DNA of 63,992 bases, filler included, from Stramenopiles sp. TOSAG23-3 (taxonomy: Eukaryota), in NCBI GenBank assembly GCA_900128585.1. It is 7 parts of 7 records of this genome, joined end to end, with 100 filler letters (N's around TTAATTAATTAA, not from the genome) between each part and the next. Parts side by side here need not be neighbours in the genome. Positions count along the whole stretch, not along the records: positions 18,523 to 27,665 come from LT642948.1; positions 27,766 to 36,892 come from LT642949.1; 5 more parts are not named here. The stretch is one strand, 5' to 3'. Positions 22,908-34,070 of the stretch are shown piece after piece. Below the pieces are notes generated by a model, which was not told the DNA's origin, did not search any database, and worked only from the letters and a program-made list of their open reading frames with translations. The first letter of the stretch is position 1. Every line of letters begins with the position of its first letter. The position numbers and the translations under genes were made by a program.

Positions 22908-24659
22908 TTAAAAGATGGGTTTGTGTTCGAATGTTTCCCCAGCCCTAGCAAGTCTTTCTTTTTCTTTTCTAATTTTTTCAGGGGGAGGCCCTTCCCAGAA
23001 TGTTCGTTGGCGTTGAAGGAAGGTTTGGAACTCCACGTCTTCTCGCTCTTTCAACTTTGCTTTTGCGTTTCTTTTTTCTAGGAGGTCTTGCTTCAAGGCT
23101 TTCACGCGCTCTATTTCCAGCTCAAGGAAACGCTGCTCCTTCTTCGCGTCCGCAAGCTTCTCATCCAGGGTCAACGCCCCCCCCTCCACGTCCTCTTCCA
23201 AATCGGAGTACTCGCCGTCGGAAAACACGTACGGGGCCTCCTCCTCGCTGCTCGCCCCATCGCCGCTGTCTTCGCCAACGAACGTGGTGGGGGTGTAAGG
23301 CTTCCTCCACTGGCGCTTAGACAGCCGGTTGGTGTTAAAGGGCGAGTGCTTCGATGGCTGCCCCTTCCCTCGCATCCCTGCCAACTTCAGCCAGCTGGCC
23401 GGCTTGGGCCCCAGGGACGACGACGTTGAACTGCTCTTGGAGTGAATATCGTACTCTTCGTTTTCAAAGAATTGAGAGCAGAACACGCACACGTTCTCCC
23501 GCACCATCCACTTTTGCCACGGCCCGTGCAACGGCAGTTTTGGGGGAGGGACGGCCAGGTTCGACCGGTCCAGGTACTTTCCGTACCGCTTTGCTTTCTT
23601 CCGTTTCTGGTCCTTTTTCTTTTTAGTCTTCTTCGTTCTGCCCTCGTTGACGTTCTGAAAGCTCTCTTTCACCGCCTTAATGTGGAGCTTCGAGGCCACG
23701 CCGGGGAGGTCCCCGTACGCGTTGCTGCACACGGGGCAGGCGCGTTTCTGGCCCTTCAACGAACCCAGGCGAGGCTGAAGCAGCCTCTTCAATTTCGTAT
23801 CCTCTGGGAGCAACCTCGAGGCCGTCGAAAGGTTGTCGTCGTCATGGAACAAGCCCAGCTCACCCTTTCGGTGTTTCATGGAGTACCGATTTTTGTCGAA
23901 CCAATGGTTTATCTTGCTCGCGCTCTTGTCAAAGGACCGCATCGTCGATTTCAATTTGTACATTTCCACTCCTTGGTTCAATATCCCGTGCTTGTCGTCG
24001 TCGTGGTGCCTCGCCTTGTCCTTCGAGTGGAATTCAAAGCCGTGGTTGCATGTGCACAGCGGCGAATTCGGGGACGCTTTCGTGTACATGTGACACTTGC
24101 ACGCATTGCAAGAGTGCAGCTGCTTCAGCACAAAATCCAGCATTTCGGCCCAGCTGATGAATTTTCGTTTCAGCAAGTCTAGCTCTAAAATGTAGTTGTT
24201 GATGGCATTCGTCCCCATAATAGATAGCAGTACTTTTGAGTACCGCCGAGGTTTGGTCCCCAAGATTTCTTGCAGCTCCAAAAAATTGTACATGGCCTGG
24301 CTCATGAGCGTCGCGTCGATGACCTTTCGCGACGGCTCGGTTTTTGAAAACTTCAACGCCGCAAAAAATTCCGCCACCTGCCGATCGCTCTGGTGCTTTT
24401 CAGGGTCCAAGTTGTTCGCCATTAGCAACAGGTCCTCATGAAACGCGGACACTTCTCCATTGCCCCCGAACCTTACCTTTGCGTCCTTCATCGTCTGCAC
24501 GGCTTTTAGTCTACAATTCCTAGCTTCGATGGACTGTCGGGCCAGCATGGTGTAATTCGAAACGGTAACGTATTCCTTCGCACCCCTCCTGGGTTTTGAT
24601 TGGAATATGGAATTGGACACCCTTGACACTTTTGTCGGGGAATACCTTTTGTTCGACAT
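22908..24659 (-). CDS. hypothetical protein with Cys/His clusters and C-terminal coiled coil
   Basis: Long ORF from ATG 24659 with CNACKC...CTCNH...H, CPVC and CVFC motifs, an acidic stretch and a heptad-rich tail. Confidence 0.75.
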   Translation of the reverse strand: MSNKRYSPTKVSRVSNSIFQSKPRRGAKEYVTVSNYTMLARQSIEARNCRLKAVQTMKDAKVRFGGNGEVSAFHEDLLLMANNLDPEKHQSDRQVAEFFAALKFSKTEPSRKVIDATLMSQAMYNFLELQEILGTKPRRYSKVLLSIMGTNAINNYILELDLLKRKFISWAEMLDFVLKQLHSCNACKCHMYTKASPNSPLCTCNHGFEFHSKDKARHHDDDKHGILNQGVEMYKLKSTMRSFDKSASKINHWFDKNRYSMKHRKGELGLFHDDDNLSTASRLLPEDTKLKRLLQPRLGSLKGQKRACPVCSNAYGDLPGVASKLHIKAVKESFQNVNEGRTKKTKKKKDQKRKKAKRYGKYLDRSNLAVPPPKLPLHGPWQKWMVRENVCVFCSQFFENEEYDIHSKSSSTSSSLGPKPASWLKLAGMRGKGQPSKHSPFNTNRLSKRQWRKPYTPTTFVGEDSGDGASSEEEAPYVFSDGEYSDLEEDVEGGALTLDEKLADAKKEQRFLELEIERVKALKQDLLEKRNAKAKLKEREDVEFQTFLQRQRTFWEGPPPEKIRKEKERLARAGETFEHKPIF

Positions 24660-25148
24660 GGTCAATGGGGGGGATGGGGTGGGCCGAGGAGACGAGACCC
24701 TTCTTTTTGTTTGTTTAACAACCAATTTAAAATATGTATTGATATTTCTCGTTTTGAAGCGGTTCTTTTCCCTATAAATGCTTTGGTCTTTTTTCATGCT
24801 TAAAAAAAGAAAATGAAAAAACTGTTGCTTCTTTCTCTTTCTTTATAATTATGTTGAATTCATTCACCATTCTTATAATATCGTTTGATTAATTAACGGA
24901 TGATTATTGTTTTTTGAATTTTTGAATTTTTTTTACATCATCATATCAAAGGTATTTTCTATTTCTTCTATTTTTTTAAAATTTGTTTATTTATTATTAT
25001 TATTATTATATACTCCGCCTCTATGTATAATTAAAGAAAAGGAAAACAAAAAACGAATAATGAGAAAAACAAAACGAATGAGAAAAACAAAACAAAACGA
25101 AAAGAAAGGATGAATTTCTTCTTGATTTTTTTATTTCATTTTAGGTAG

Positions 25149-27045
25149 ATGAACAACCATCGTTTTCAGAGTGTCATCTCTTCGTATGTTGGTATTATTT
25201 CAATGATGTATAGCGAAAGGAAAGTGATCATGGGAAACAACCATCGAGCGTGTTTGCCGTGGTTGGTGACGGTTCGAACGATGGCGGTCTTCCTGTTTTT
25301 CAACCTGGGCGGGGTCCATGTTTTGTCCTCGGACGTGCAATTGTGCAAATCAGGAAATGCCTGTGATCCTGACATCATTAAGAATTTGTACGACCCCACG
25401 ACTGTGGCGTTGATAAACTTTGATATCGAAGACGTTGTCGCTACGCTTACGTGCAAAAGTGAAGAGGAAAAGAAAGGGTATTGGATCGTTGTTGAATATT
25501 TTGCCGCCAACCCCTATTACACAAAGTCAAATGGAGACCCATCTCCAGTACAGTACTCTTGTGCGACCAACACCATTGAGGGCAGTACCGAAAGCTGTTG
25601 GAACATCGAGACGCGGCAGGTCAAGTACAACAGCGAGGGCAAAATAACGTGCAAAAAGGTGTGCCAAGTGGACCTTTCCGGATGCAATGCTCGAAGCGGT
25701 GAGAATTTATGCCCGGCAGATACGAATGGCGGGACATTGGACTCTTCGAAAAGCACCGCAAAATTCGCGAGCGGTCAACCTACAAACGACCAGGAGTTTG
25801 GGAGCACGCTGGTGTATTCATGCAGCAATGGTTGCAACGACATAACCATGAAGTGCTCGGATGTGCAGGGGAAGGACGGATTTTTTAAGTTTCAACCCGC
25901 AGTAAATTCGCCAAAGAATTGTTGCGAACCGGTAGCCACGACGACGACAAGGACGGCCACGACGACTGTTGCGGCCACAACGACGATGACGACGACAACT
26001 GCGGCGGCCACAACACGAACGACAACTGTTGCACCCACGACTACCCAGCGCCCGACGACCACATCACCAACGTTAGAAACAACGACCTTAGAAACAGAAA
26101 CTACCACATCCACTGTTACAGGCACGACGACAAACTTGCGTGTCACGTCCTCTACGGCGACGCCATCTACAGTGGAAACGACGACAACGCCAAACATGAG
26201 GCCGGGTCAGAATCCATCGGCAACTACGGAAGTAGGAACGACGACTCACGCAGCTTCAATGGACGCCACGACGGCTTCCCCGACCACCCCATACTCCACT
26301 ACAAAGAAAACATCAGGGTCGACTACAGCGATCCAGAACAAACCCCCAGAGTCGACTACAAGAGGCCCGGCCGAGGCCAGAGAGAACAAAGAAACCGGAG
26401 AGAGCCAGCGCATCACCGGGAAGCAGGAAGCAATTCGCCGAAGTTAAACAGCGCCGCTTGTCCAGTCGAATCGATCGTATCCGAAAAGCACGCTCTGCGT
26501 CCAGGTCATCTGTAGAAATCAATCCTCTGGCGGTTGTACCCGTTGACGGCCGTGGGGGGCTGGGACCCGAACCAGCACAGACAAAGCCAGAGGCTCCTGA
26601 GCCTACGCCGAAGGTTTCCGCAATGCCCTTTGAAACCGGGTCAAAGCCAAACAGTCAAAAATATTCTTCAGCCAAGCGCCACGCACCAGAGGAAAAGCCA
26701 AAGAAAGGGTACGAGGACGAGCTGAAAGCAATCAAGTCCAGGCTAGAAAAGAAATTAAATGTAAATATGAGTTCCAAAGAATCCATGATTCGCGCGTCGC
26801 TCGATGTCAACGCGGCCATTATTGGAGACCATGCCTGGCACTGTTTTTTAGACAAACTTAGCGGGAAGACGGTATATTTTTGTCATAAATCTGGCACCAT
26901 ACAGCTCAGCGCTCCGAAAGGGTGGGTTCGTGCAAGGCAGGCGAGCATTGAGGAGAGAAGCGAGCGGCGACGGAAAAGCAGCTTGATGCTTGGAGCCGAG
27001 AGCGCCGGGAATGTCACCATCCAAGACTTGATCGATGTGGAATGA
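25149..27045 (+). CDS. Cys-rich (Sushi-like) plus Thr-rich mucin-stalk surface protein, broken near 26370, with a downstream WW-like C-terminal part
   Basis: Signal-like N-terminus, FGSTLVYSCSNGC and a long Thr-rich tract. The second frame is open from at least about 26360 through 27045 and contains WHCFLDKLSGKTVYFCHKSGTIQLSAP. Treating the two as one gene is inference; the exact start is uncertain. Confidence 0.6.
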
Positions 27046-27053
27046 GGTAAAAA

Positions 27054-27295
27054 CAAGAAAAATTGGCTGTTATTTTATAGTAATTAAAATTAAAGAAAAA
27101 AGAAGGTGTCAGTTCAAGAACAATATCAAGAACAATATCTCCTCCTATTGCAGATCCTCCCCAAGTTCTGGTCAAGATTCCAATTGATTGGTCTTATCAA
27201 GAAAAAATTTGGCTGTTATTTTTTATAGTAATTAAAATTAAAGAAAAAAAGAAGGTGTCAGTTCAAGAACAAAATGTCTCCTCCTATTGCGGATC
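27054..27295. repeat. imperfect ~100-nt direct duplication, each copy starting with the dispersed motif
   Basis: caagaaaa..ttggctgttatttt..atagtaattaaaattaaagaaaaa..gaaggtgtcagttcaagaacaa...tctcctcctattgc(a/g)gatc at 27054 and 27198. Confidence 0.9.
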
Positions 27296-27438
27296 GGTCT
27301 TAAAAGTACACAGCGGCATAAATGTTTTAAAGGGGCTCATTTATTTTTATAGCTTATTACTTAAATAACAGCCAATTTTCTTGTTATAAAATTACTCGAA
27401 TCTTGTCAAAAAAAAAAAACAACACGAAAGCAAATTGC

Positions 27439-27663
27439 TCATGTATCCAGGCTCTCTTTGAAACCACTCGGGCGTTCCCAAACAGTTTCGCCCGTCTCAA
27501 TATTACAATAGTAATCGTTTCCGGATACCGGATCTGGCGCTTTGGTCCATTTAGACGCATTTCCATTTTCATCGATGCTTCCCCCGTGTGGGTGTTTCTG
27601 CTTCTTCTTCTTCCTTTTCGCTTCGAGTTTGAACGAGGCTGCTTTCTTGATTCTATCCCGTCG
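27439..27663 (-). CDS. 3' fragment of a WW-domain protein (absent from the ORF track, 5' end cut by the contig end)
   Basis: Manual translation: RRDRIKKAASFKLEAKRKKKQKHPHGGSIDENGNASKWTKAPDPVSGNDYYCNIETGETVWERPSGFKESLDT*. Confidence 0.8.
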   Translation of the reverse strand, partial: RRDRIKKAASFKLEAKRKKKKQKHPHGGSIDENGNASKWTKAPDPVSGNDYYCNIETGETVWERPSGFKESLDT

Positions 27664-28383
27664 GTNNNNNNNNNNNNNNNNNNNNNNNNNNNNNNNNNNN
27701 NNNNNNNNNTTAATTAATTAANNNNNNNNNNNNNNNNNNNNNNNNNNNNNNNNNNNNNNNNNNNNGCCAACAGCCAACAACCCACAACAGTATAGTCTAC
27801 GTAGGAAGTGCGGACGACTATATAGTTTAATGAATTAATTACGCAGACTCGTTCAAATATTTAAAAAACCTTTTCTATTAATTAGTGTACGTACGTGTAA
27901 TGGTATTAATATGTTAAATTAAAATTTATGATATGTTCGTTGCAATTATTTTTGTTTTTGTTTCCTGATAACACAAGTACCGATATATATATAAACACGA
28001 TAACACCCCCATAAAATAGTAAATAAAGTATTTATTTTATTATTAATTATTATCTATCATCACCATTATTTCTTTCTTCATCATTATATTTATTATATTA
28101 TTTATATTTATTTTTTCTTCGTATTATTTTAACGACTTTCTGTTCCTTTTGGTTGGGTGAATTGGATTTGGAACAAGTAGAAGAAAGTACGGTCCAAAGC
28201 GTTTTGTGGAAAATCTTGTGGCACGAAACCGCTTGCCAAATATTGCATCGTTTGTAATTGACACGCAAGACCCTTGGGGATATATTGCAAATTAATATGA
28301 AAGCCCAAGTGTCTATACGCCTTCCCGCGGCGCTGTCCAAGAACGGCGACGAGGGAAATCCATCGTCGCCAACAACGCGGGGT

Positions 28384-29481
28384 ACTCCGGAAATCTTGGA
28401 CGATGCTTACCGATTCTCCAGATCAGGCAAATTTTATGTTCCCCCGGAAGGTCCTCTGACTGACTACTTCGACTTCATTAAAACCCTACCGTTTGAGGCG
28501 AACCCAGAATTGTTTGGAATGCACGATAATGCAGCAATAACCTCGCAAGTGGCAGAGACTACAAACCTCCTCAATACAGTGCTTGGGTTGCAAGCCAAAT
28601 CCGGTGGTGGAGAAGGGAAAACATGGGATGAAATGCTTGAAGACGTTGCTAAGGACATAGAAGGACGACTACCACAAGAGTTCGACATTGAGAAAACACG
28701 GGTATTGTACCCTGTCCGTTTTGAGGAAAGTATGAACACTGTATTGACAGAAGAGCTTCTGAAATTCAATAGGCTTCTTCGTCGCATGGCGACCAGCTTA
28801 AAGGATGTACGGAAAGCACTGAAAGGCTTAGTTGTGATGTCCCAAGAATTGGAAGATATGGGCAATTCAATGGTAAATGGTTGGGTGCCTAAAAATTGGA
28901 CAGCAGTCTCTTACCCGTCCATGAAGCCTTTGGGGCCTTGGACAACGGACTTCTTGGCCAGGGTGACATTTTTTGCCGATTGGGTTGAGAATGATCGGCC
29001 TGTTGTGTATTGGATTAGCGGCTTTTTCTTCACTCCATCTTTTATGACTGGGACCCTTCAAAATTATGCCCGTAAGTACACTGTAGCAATCGACGAACTC
29101 GGCACTGAGTTTGAACTTTACACTCCAGACGACCAAGCCAAAATAACCGAACGTCCAGCAGACGGAGCATATATCCGTGGGCTGTTTCTTGAGGGTGCAG
29201 GCTGGGATGCACAGGAACTAAAACTGGTTGACAGCAACCCAAAACAACTGTACGTGTTGATGCCCGTAATTTGGTTTAAGCCATTGAAAAGTCAAGACAT
29301 TGTCAAAGGACACCGGTACGAATGTCCCGTATACAAGACTTCGGAAAGACGTGGTATGTTGTCCACTTCTGGACACTCGACAAATTATGTGACGTCAATT
29401 AAATTACAGATGCTAGCACAACACGAGGAGAAGTATTGGATTAAAGCGGGGGTTGCAATGTTGACCCAGACGGACGATTAG
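28384..29481 (+). CDS. axonemal-type dynein heavy chain, C-terminal domain only (5' truncated)
   Basis: PELFGMHDNAAIT, YPVRFEESMNTVL, SYPSMKPLGPW, WISGFFF, LQNYARKY, YIRGLFLEGAGWD, YECPVYKTSERRGMLSTSGHSTNYV. Confidence 0.92.
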   Translation, partial: TPEILDDAYRFSRSGKFYVPPEGPLTDYFDFIKTLPFEANPELFGMHDNAAITSQVAETTNLLNTVLGLQAKSGGGEGKTWDEMLEDVAKDIEGRLPQEFDIEKTRVLYPVRFEESMNTVLTEELLKFNRLLRRMATSLKDVRKALKGLVVMSQELEDMGNSMVNGWVPKNWTAVSYPSMKPLGPWTTDFLARVTFFADWVENDRPVVYWISGFFFTPSFMTGTLQNYARKYTVAIDELGTEFELYTPDDQAKITERPADGAYIRGLFLEGAGWDAQELKLVDSNPKQLYVLMPVIWFKPLKSQDIVKGHRYECPVYKTSERRGMLSTSGHSTNYVTSIKLQMLAQHEEKYWIKAGVAMLTQTDD

Positions 29482-29782
29482 AGTCCGAATAAATACTGTA
29501 AAATTAATAAAAATAAATTATGAGAGTTTTAAAACATACTATATAATTTGTTTTTCAAAATAAATTATATATAATCTAAGTGCATACTATATAATTTGTT
29601 CTTTATATAATCTAAAATGATCATCCCTTGAAAAATTGTAAATCTTACCTTCGTAGTTACGAACTTTGAATTTGTCGTCTCCTAGTGTACGGAGTATCCT
29701 CAATTCTCATTTCCCACAATACCCCTCCCTTGGTAATTATAGTAACTGGCTCGGCTGATTTCTAAAGTCGTCTCTGCGGTCC

Positions 29783-30145
29783 TTAAAGATCGTCTGCGTG
29801 GTTGAACCAATTCTCGTCTTCCAATTCATACATCCCAAACGCGTGCAGTGTATAGTACAGTCCAAATCCTAATGCGCCAGAAACAAGAATAGTCAACAAG
29901 ACGAACTTTGTATCGTCCCAGGTGTCAGAATTATACTCTGGTACCTTGCCCTTTTTCTGAGCACTATTCAACAGGTCGATTAAACGCGGTTCTTCCTCTT
30001 CAAGGTCGAACGTCGGATTCTTTTCTCGTTTCCGAATCGCATAGACCTCTCGGCGAACTTTTTGGTACGCCTCTCTCAAATCTTCCGAAACAGACTCTTC
30101 GCTGTTGTACGTGATGTCACTATCTTCGTCAGACGAAGAACTCAT
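29783..30145 (-). CDS. small single-TM hypothetical protein
   Basis: ATG-started 120 aa ORF with an acidic N-terminus and one hydrophobic segment. Confidence 0.65.
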   Translation of the reverse strand: MSSSSDEDSDITYNSEESVSEDLREAYQKVRREVYAIRKREKNPTFDLEEEEPRLIDLLNSAQKKGKVPEYNSDTWDDTKFVLLTILVSGALGFGLYYTLHAFGMYELEDENWFNHADDL

Positions 30146-30957
30146 GGCTATTGATATAGCGTCAATACTAAGTAGATCAGAACGCTTTCAATATGCAAGT
30201 GTATTGTAAACAAAGAAATGATCAAAATTCACTGTTCGCTCACACGAAAACATCCTGAAAGCTTTCATTCATTCAAACATGTCTTAATCGTGATTTTGCA
30301 CGTATGATAATCCAAAGTAATCTTTCATATCATAAGAAAATATTATTAATCATCATAATAAGAAATACAATAAAATATGTGGAAGAATAACTTACTACTC
30401 TAATAATTTAATATATAAATAATAAATAATGTGCATAACAATAACATGAACGAACCAACCCAATGCCAGCAAGACGAAATGGTAGGTTTGATGACAAATG
30501 CATCCTCGTTCGCCTTGTTCGATGACAGCTGCTGTGAACACACAATATTAGGCTGTACATATTCACAGCACTTGTTTAAAATAAAAAACAGTGCTGTGTT
30601 ACACTGAAGAACCCCTCTGAGTACATTCAATTCTTCTTTCAAAAATATTAGTCGCCTACAGGCACTATGGTACTGTATATAAATAAGAATACCATTTTTA
30701 TTGTTTTATTTATGCTGACCTGTGACACCACCCGAAGAATGCCGAACATTCACCCTAATATTAACACTATGATCCAGTGCAATACTACTTCCTATTAAAA
30801 AAAATATTATATTCTATACCGTACGTACATTTATATTTTATTTATACACGATCAGTACCGTTACTGGCCACGCGACCTTGTAGGACGTAAGTGTTGCATA
30901 CAGTTGTGCACACACGGGCAGTGGCCCTTGCTCGTCGTCTCAGATATCAATTTCTCC

Positions 30958-31036
30958 CGCTGAAAAGATTTTTTCCTGTGGTAGAACGAACGAATGATCG
31001 TAATATCTAAAACAAGAAAATTGGCTGTTAATATCT
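30958..31036 (+). repeat. 79-nt sequence whose perfect reverse complement is at 36814-36892
   Basis: cgctgaaaagattttttcctgtggtagaacgaacgaatgatcgtaatatctaaaacaagaaaattggctgttaatatct matches base for base. Confidence 0.95.
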
Positions 31037-31110
31037 TCAAAAGCTGATTGATAAAGTTAGAAGATTTTTGCCAAAAATACATATTTTACGACAGCACGAA
31101 GTCTACAAGT

Positions 31111-33966
31111 ATGAATATTCTATCATTCGCGACGAAGCACTTGCAGGGGTTGGGGTTTGGAACAGATGGGACGCCTGCGCAAGTTAAAATTTGTCAAGAC
31201 AGACAAAGCTTTGAGTGTTTTGTTTGCGGATTGGGACAAGGAATCGGGCCCGTGCTCCAGGGAGAGGACGGTGGGGCCTCCTTTTCCCACTGCTTCGAAG
31301 CCGTGATAGAATTGGGTATGTTTGTGCTAATACTCTGCGCTTTGGGGGCCGGTATGCTGTGGCGTTACTGTAAAAACATGGAGCGTGCACCAACACGCCT
31401 GGACCAAAAGCGCGATCGAGCCTCTTTGAACAGTTTCGATTACATGGCAATGCCTTCGATAAACGAAGAGTTTGGTGTCAATTCAATGGATGATTTCGGG
31501 GCCATGGATAAGTTCGAAGGTACGTCGGAGCGCAAAGGGGGTGAAACTCTCGAGTCTGGGATGTATTCTGGAGGCCAAGGAGAAGAAAACGAAAAGGTGT
31601 GGAGTCCTGGGCCAATAGAAAGGTCTAATTTGGTCTATCTCTCCTCCCTTGAAAAAGCGTTGCACAAAGAAATGCTGGAAAAAGAAGGCAGTCGCTTGCG
31701 CTTCTGCCTTCTCGTCAGTACGTGCATAATGTTTTTGACCGCAACGTTGCTACTAGTTGCGCCATACTGGCTGCCGCCAAAACATGCACCGGACTCTTTT
31801 GAAAAAGAGAACAAGAACACTATCGTAGTTGCTGCAAATGTTGCAAAAGTAGTCGCATGGCTTATGTGCATATTTGGGTTTGCGAAGAATATTATATCGA
31901 AGATGCCGTTTGATTGGAGGCCTGTTTCCGTAGCATTCTGCCTGTGTTTTTTTCACGTCTTTCATGCTTACAATTTCATCGTCCCGTATATTGCGGGAGG
32001 GGTACAGTTTCGTTTGTGTCCTGTCACTGTGGCGGTGCTTGTAAACTGCGCATTTGCTGGGCTTGAAGTGCTACTGTTGTGTTTGACCATGTACCGCCAT
32101 CGCTCTGCACCGTTGTACCTCATTCATTCAGAAAGTGTATGCTTTGCTGAGTTGGAACAGTCGAGGGTAGACGAAACGAACGCTTGGTCTCGACTAGCGA
32201 GCATGTGCAAAGTGGATTACGCGTTCTTCCTTGCAGGGTGCTTTGGGGGACTCTTGGCGACCGTTGCAAACATAGGGTGGCAAATAAGTTTCGGGAACTT
32301 AATTGCTGCGAGTATCCATTTTGATAAGCCAGCCCTTCACGTAGCCGTCCACCTTCAGATTTTGTCCTGTGCAGCACTGTACATAGGCAATTCGCTGCAG
32401 TTGTGTTTCGTGGAGGCTGCAGGTATGCGATTGGTGACGCGCATACAGCGCTTTGTGTTCATGGCAATGATGGAACAAGATATGAGCTTTTTTGATGCAA
32501 ACAAGAGTGGGGAGCTGACCACGATGCTCAGTGCGAACACGGCGTTGATTCGAACGGGAATGACGACACAATTGGCCCAAGCATTTCGAGGTTTCTTTCA
32601 GTTTTTTATCATTTTGGTTTATCTGCTAATCAACGATACCGAATTGACCCTTATATTCCTAGGATCCGCGTTGGTTCCGCTGGTTATTTTAGCATGCACT
32701 CTGACTTTGATAAGCGGCATCTCGAAGCGATCCGCAGAGGCACAAAACATTCAGGGAGGATTTGGCCAAGAATTTCTTTCCGGCATTCGTACAATTGTAA
32801 GCTTTTCTATGCAGGACGATACTAAACGGAGATACGACGATGCCGCTTGGATATCCAATGCGATCGGAGTTCGGCTTGTAGTAATCCAAGGGCTGGCTTT
32901 CTCGATGGTTCTTGGCGGGTTCTACGGTGCGCTAAGCATAGCGTTGTGGTGGGGAGGCTCCGATATTGTGGACAATGCTGCGACTCCTCAAGAGTTGGCA
33001 TATAAAGCCTCCCATTTGCTGGTATTCGTGAACATGGCAATTGCCATGGTCATGGGACTGGGGTGGATTATGGGCGGTCTACCAGAAATGGCGAAGGCGG
33101 TTGGTGCGTCTGAGAAAATATTAGAAATTTTAGACCGACAAGCCCTTGTAAAGTACAAAGGTGGAAAGGTGTTTAATTCCGTAAGGGGAGAGATTGTTTT
33201 TGAAGCGGTGAAATTCGTTTATCCAACAAGGGACGATAAAGTGGTTTTGAACAACTTTTCGCTCCGGGTGGAGACCGGGAAAACAGTCGCCCTGGTCGGC
33301 GGCAGTGGCAGTGGAAAATCAACCGTTTTGTCGCTTATTGAGCGGTTTTACGATCCCACGGAAGGGTCGGTTCGCTTAGACGGGGTTGACCTTCGGATTC
33401 TCGACCCGATGTGGCTTCGGTCCCAAATTGGCTTTGTAATGCAAGAACCTACTTTGTTTGCGGGCACAATATCAGAAAACTTGAGATTTGGGTGCCCAAA
33501 TGCCACTGAGGAGGAAATGATCGACGCATCCAAAAAAGCAAATTGCCACTCGTTTATATCAGGCTTGCCAAATGGGTACAGAACGGTTGTCGGCGAGCAA
33601 GGGACCTCCCTTAGTGGGGGGCAGAAACAGCGAGTAGCAATTGCGCGAGCTATACTGAAGAATCCACGTATACTGTTGTTGGACGAAGCCACCTCCGCGC
33701 TAGATGCTGAAAGCGAATCTTTAGTCCAAGACGCCCTTGACAAGTTGATGAAAGGGCGTACTACCATTATTGTTGCGCACCGTTTATCAACGATTCGTAA
33801 CGCAGATAAAATCCATGTTTTTCATGAGGGTGTAGTCGCCGAGAGTGGGTCCCATCAAGAACTTTTGAGGGTCGGGGGAATTTATGCCAACTTGATCGCA
33901 AAGCAACGAGGACCAAGTGCCCCCAATTTTAGCCTGGGGTCTGTGACCACGCCTAGGTTATCTTGA
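31111..33966 (+). CDS. ABC subfamily B half transporter with extra N-terminal TM region
   Basis: One TMD plus one NBD: GGSGSGKST, VMQEP, LSGGQKQR, LLLDEATSALD, AHRL. Confidence 0.95.
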   Translation: MNILSFATKHLQGLGFGTDGTPAQVKICQDRQSFECFVCGLGQGIGPVLQGEDGGASFSHCFEAVIELGMFVLILCALGAGMLWRYCKNMERAPTRLDQKRDRASLNSFDYMAMPSINEEFGVNSMDDFGAMDKFEGTSERKGGETLESGMYSGGQGEENEKVWSPGPIERSNLVYLSSLEKALHKEMLEKEGSRLRFCLLVSTCIMFLTATLLLVAPYWLPPKHAPDSFEKENKNTIVVAANVAKVVAWLMCIFGFAKNIISKMPFDWRPVSVAFCLCFFHVFHAYNFIVPYIAGGVQFRLCPVTVAVLVNCAFAGLEVLLLCLTMYRHRSAPLYLIHSESVCFAELEQSRVDETNAWSRLASMCKVDYAFFLAGCFGGLLATVANIGWQISFGNLIAASIHFDKPALHVAVHLQILSCAALYIGNSLQLCFVEAAGMRLVTRIQRFVFMAMMEQDMSFFDANKSGELTTMLSANTALIRTGMTTQLAQAFRGFFQFFIILVYLLINDTELTLIFLGSALVPLVILACTLTLISGISKRSAEAQNIQGGFGQEFLSGIRTIVSFSMQDDTKRRYDDAAWISNAIGVRLVVIQGLAFSMVLGGFYGALSIALWWGGSDIVDNAATPQELAYKASHLLVFVNMAIAMVMGLGWIMGGLPEMAKAVGASEKILEILDRQALVKYKGGKVFNSVRGEIVFEAVKFVYPTRDDKVVLNNFSLRVETGKTVALVGGSGSGKSTVLSLIERFYDPTEGSVRLDGVDLRILDPMWLRSQIGFVMQEPTLFAGTISENLRFGCPNATEEEMIDASKKANCHSFISGLPNGYRTVVGEQGTSLSGGQKQRVAIARAILKNPRILLLDEATSALDAESESLVQDALDKLMKGRTTIIVAHRLSTIRNADKIHVFHEGVVAESGSHQELLRVGGIYANLIAKQRGPSAPNFSLGSVTTPRLS

Positions 33967-34070
33967 AAAGAAAATTTTTACAAATAAAATTCTTATAATG
34001 ATTATTGATATAACCTTTTATTTAATTACTCAAATAACAGGGCCGATTTTCTTTGTTTTTAAGAAAAGAT

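Noticed and set aside
27051..27385. Dispersed motif as a CRISPR repeat
   Set aside because: No regular repeat-spacer array, mixed orientations, eukaryotic context and no cas genes.
30400..30642. 80-aa minus-strand ORF with a hydrophobic end
   Set aside because: No ATG start and no recognisable family. It could be an exon, but I cannot support that.
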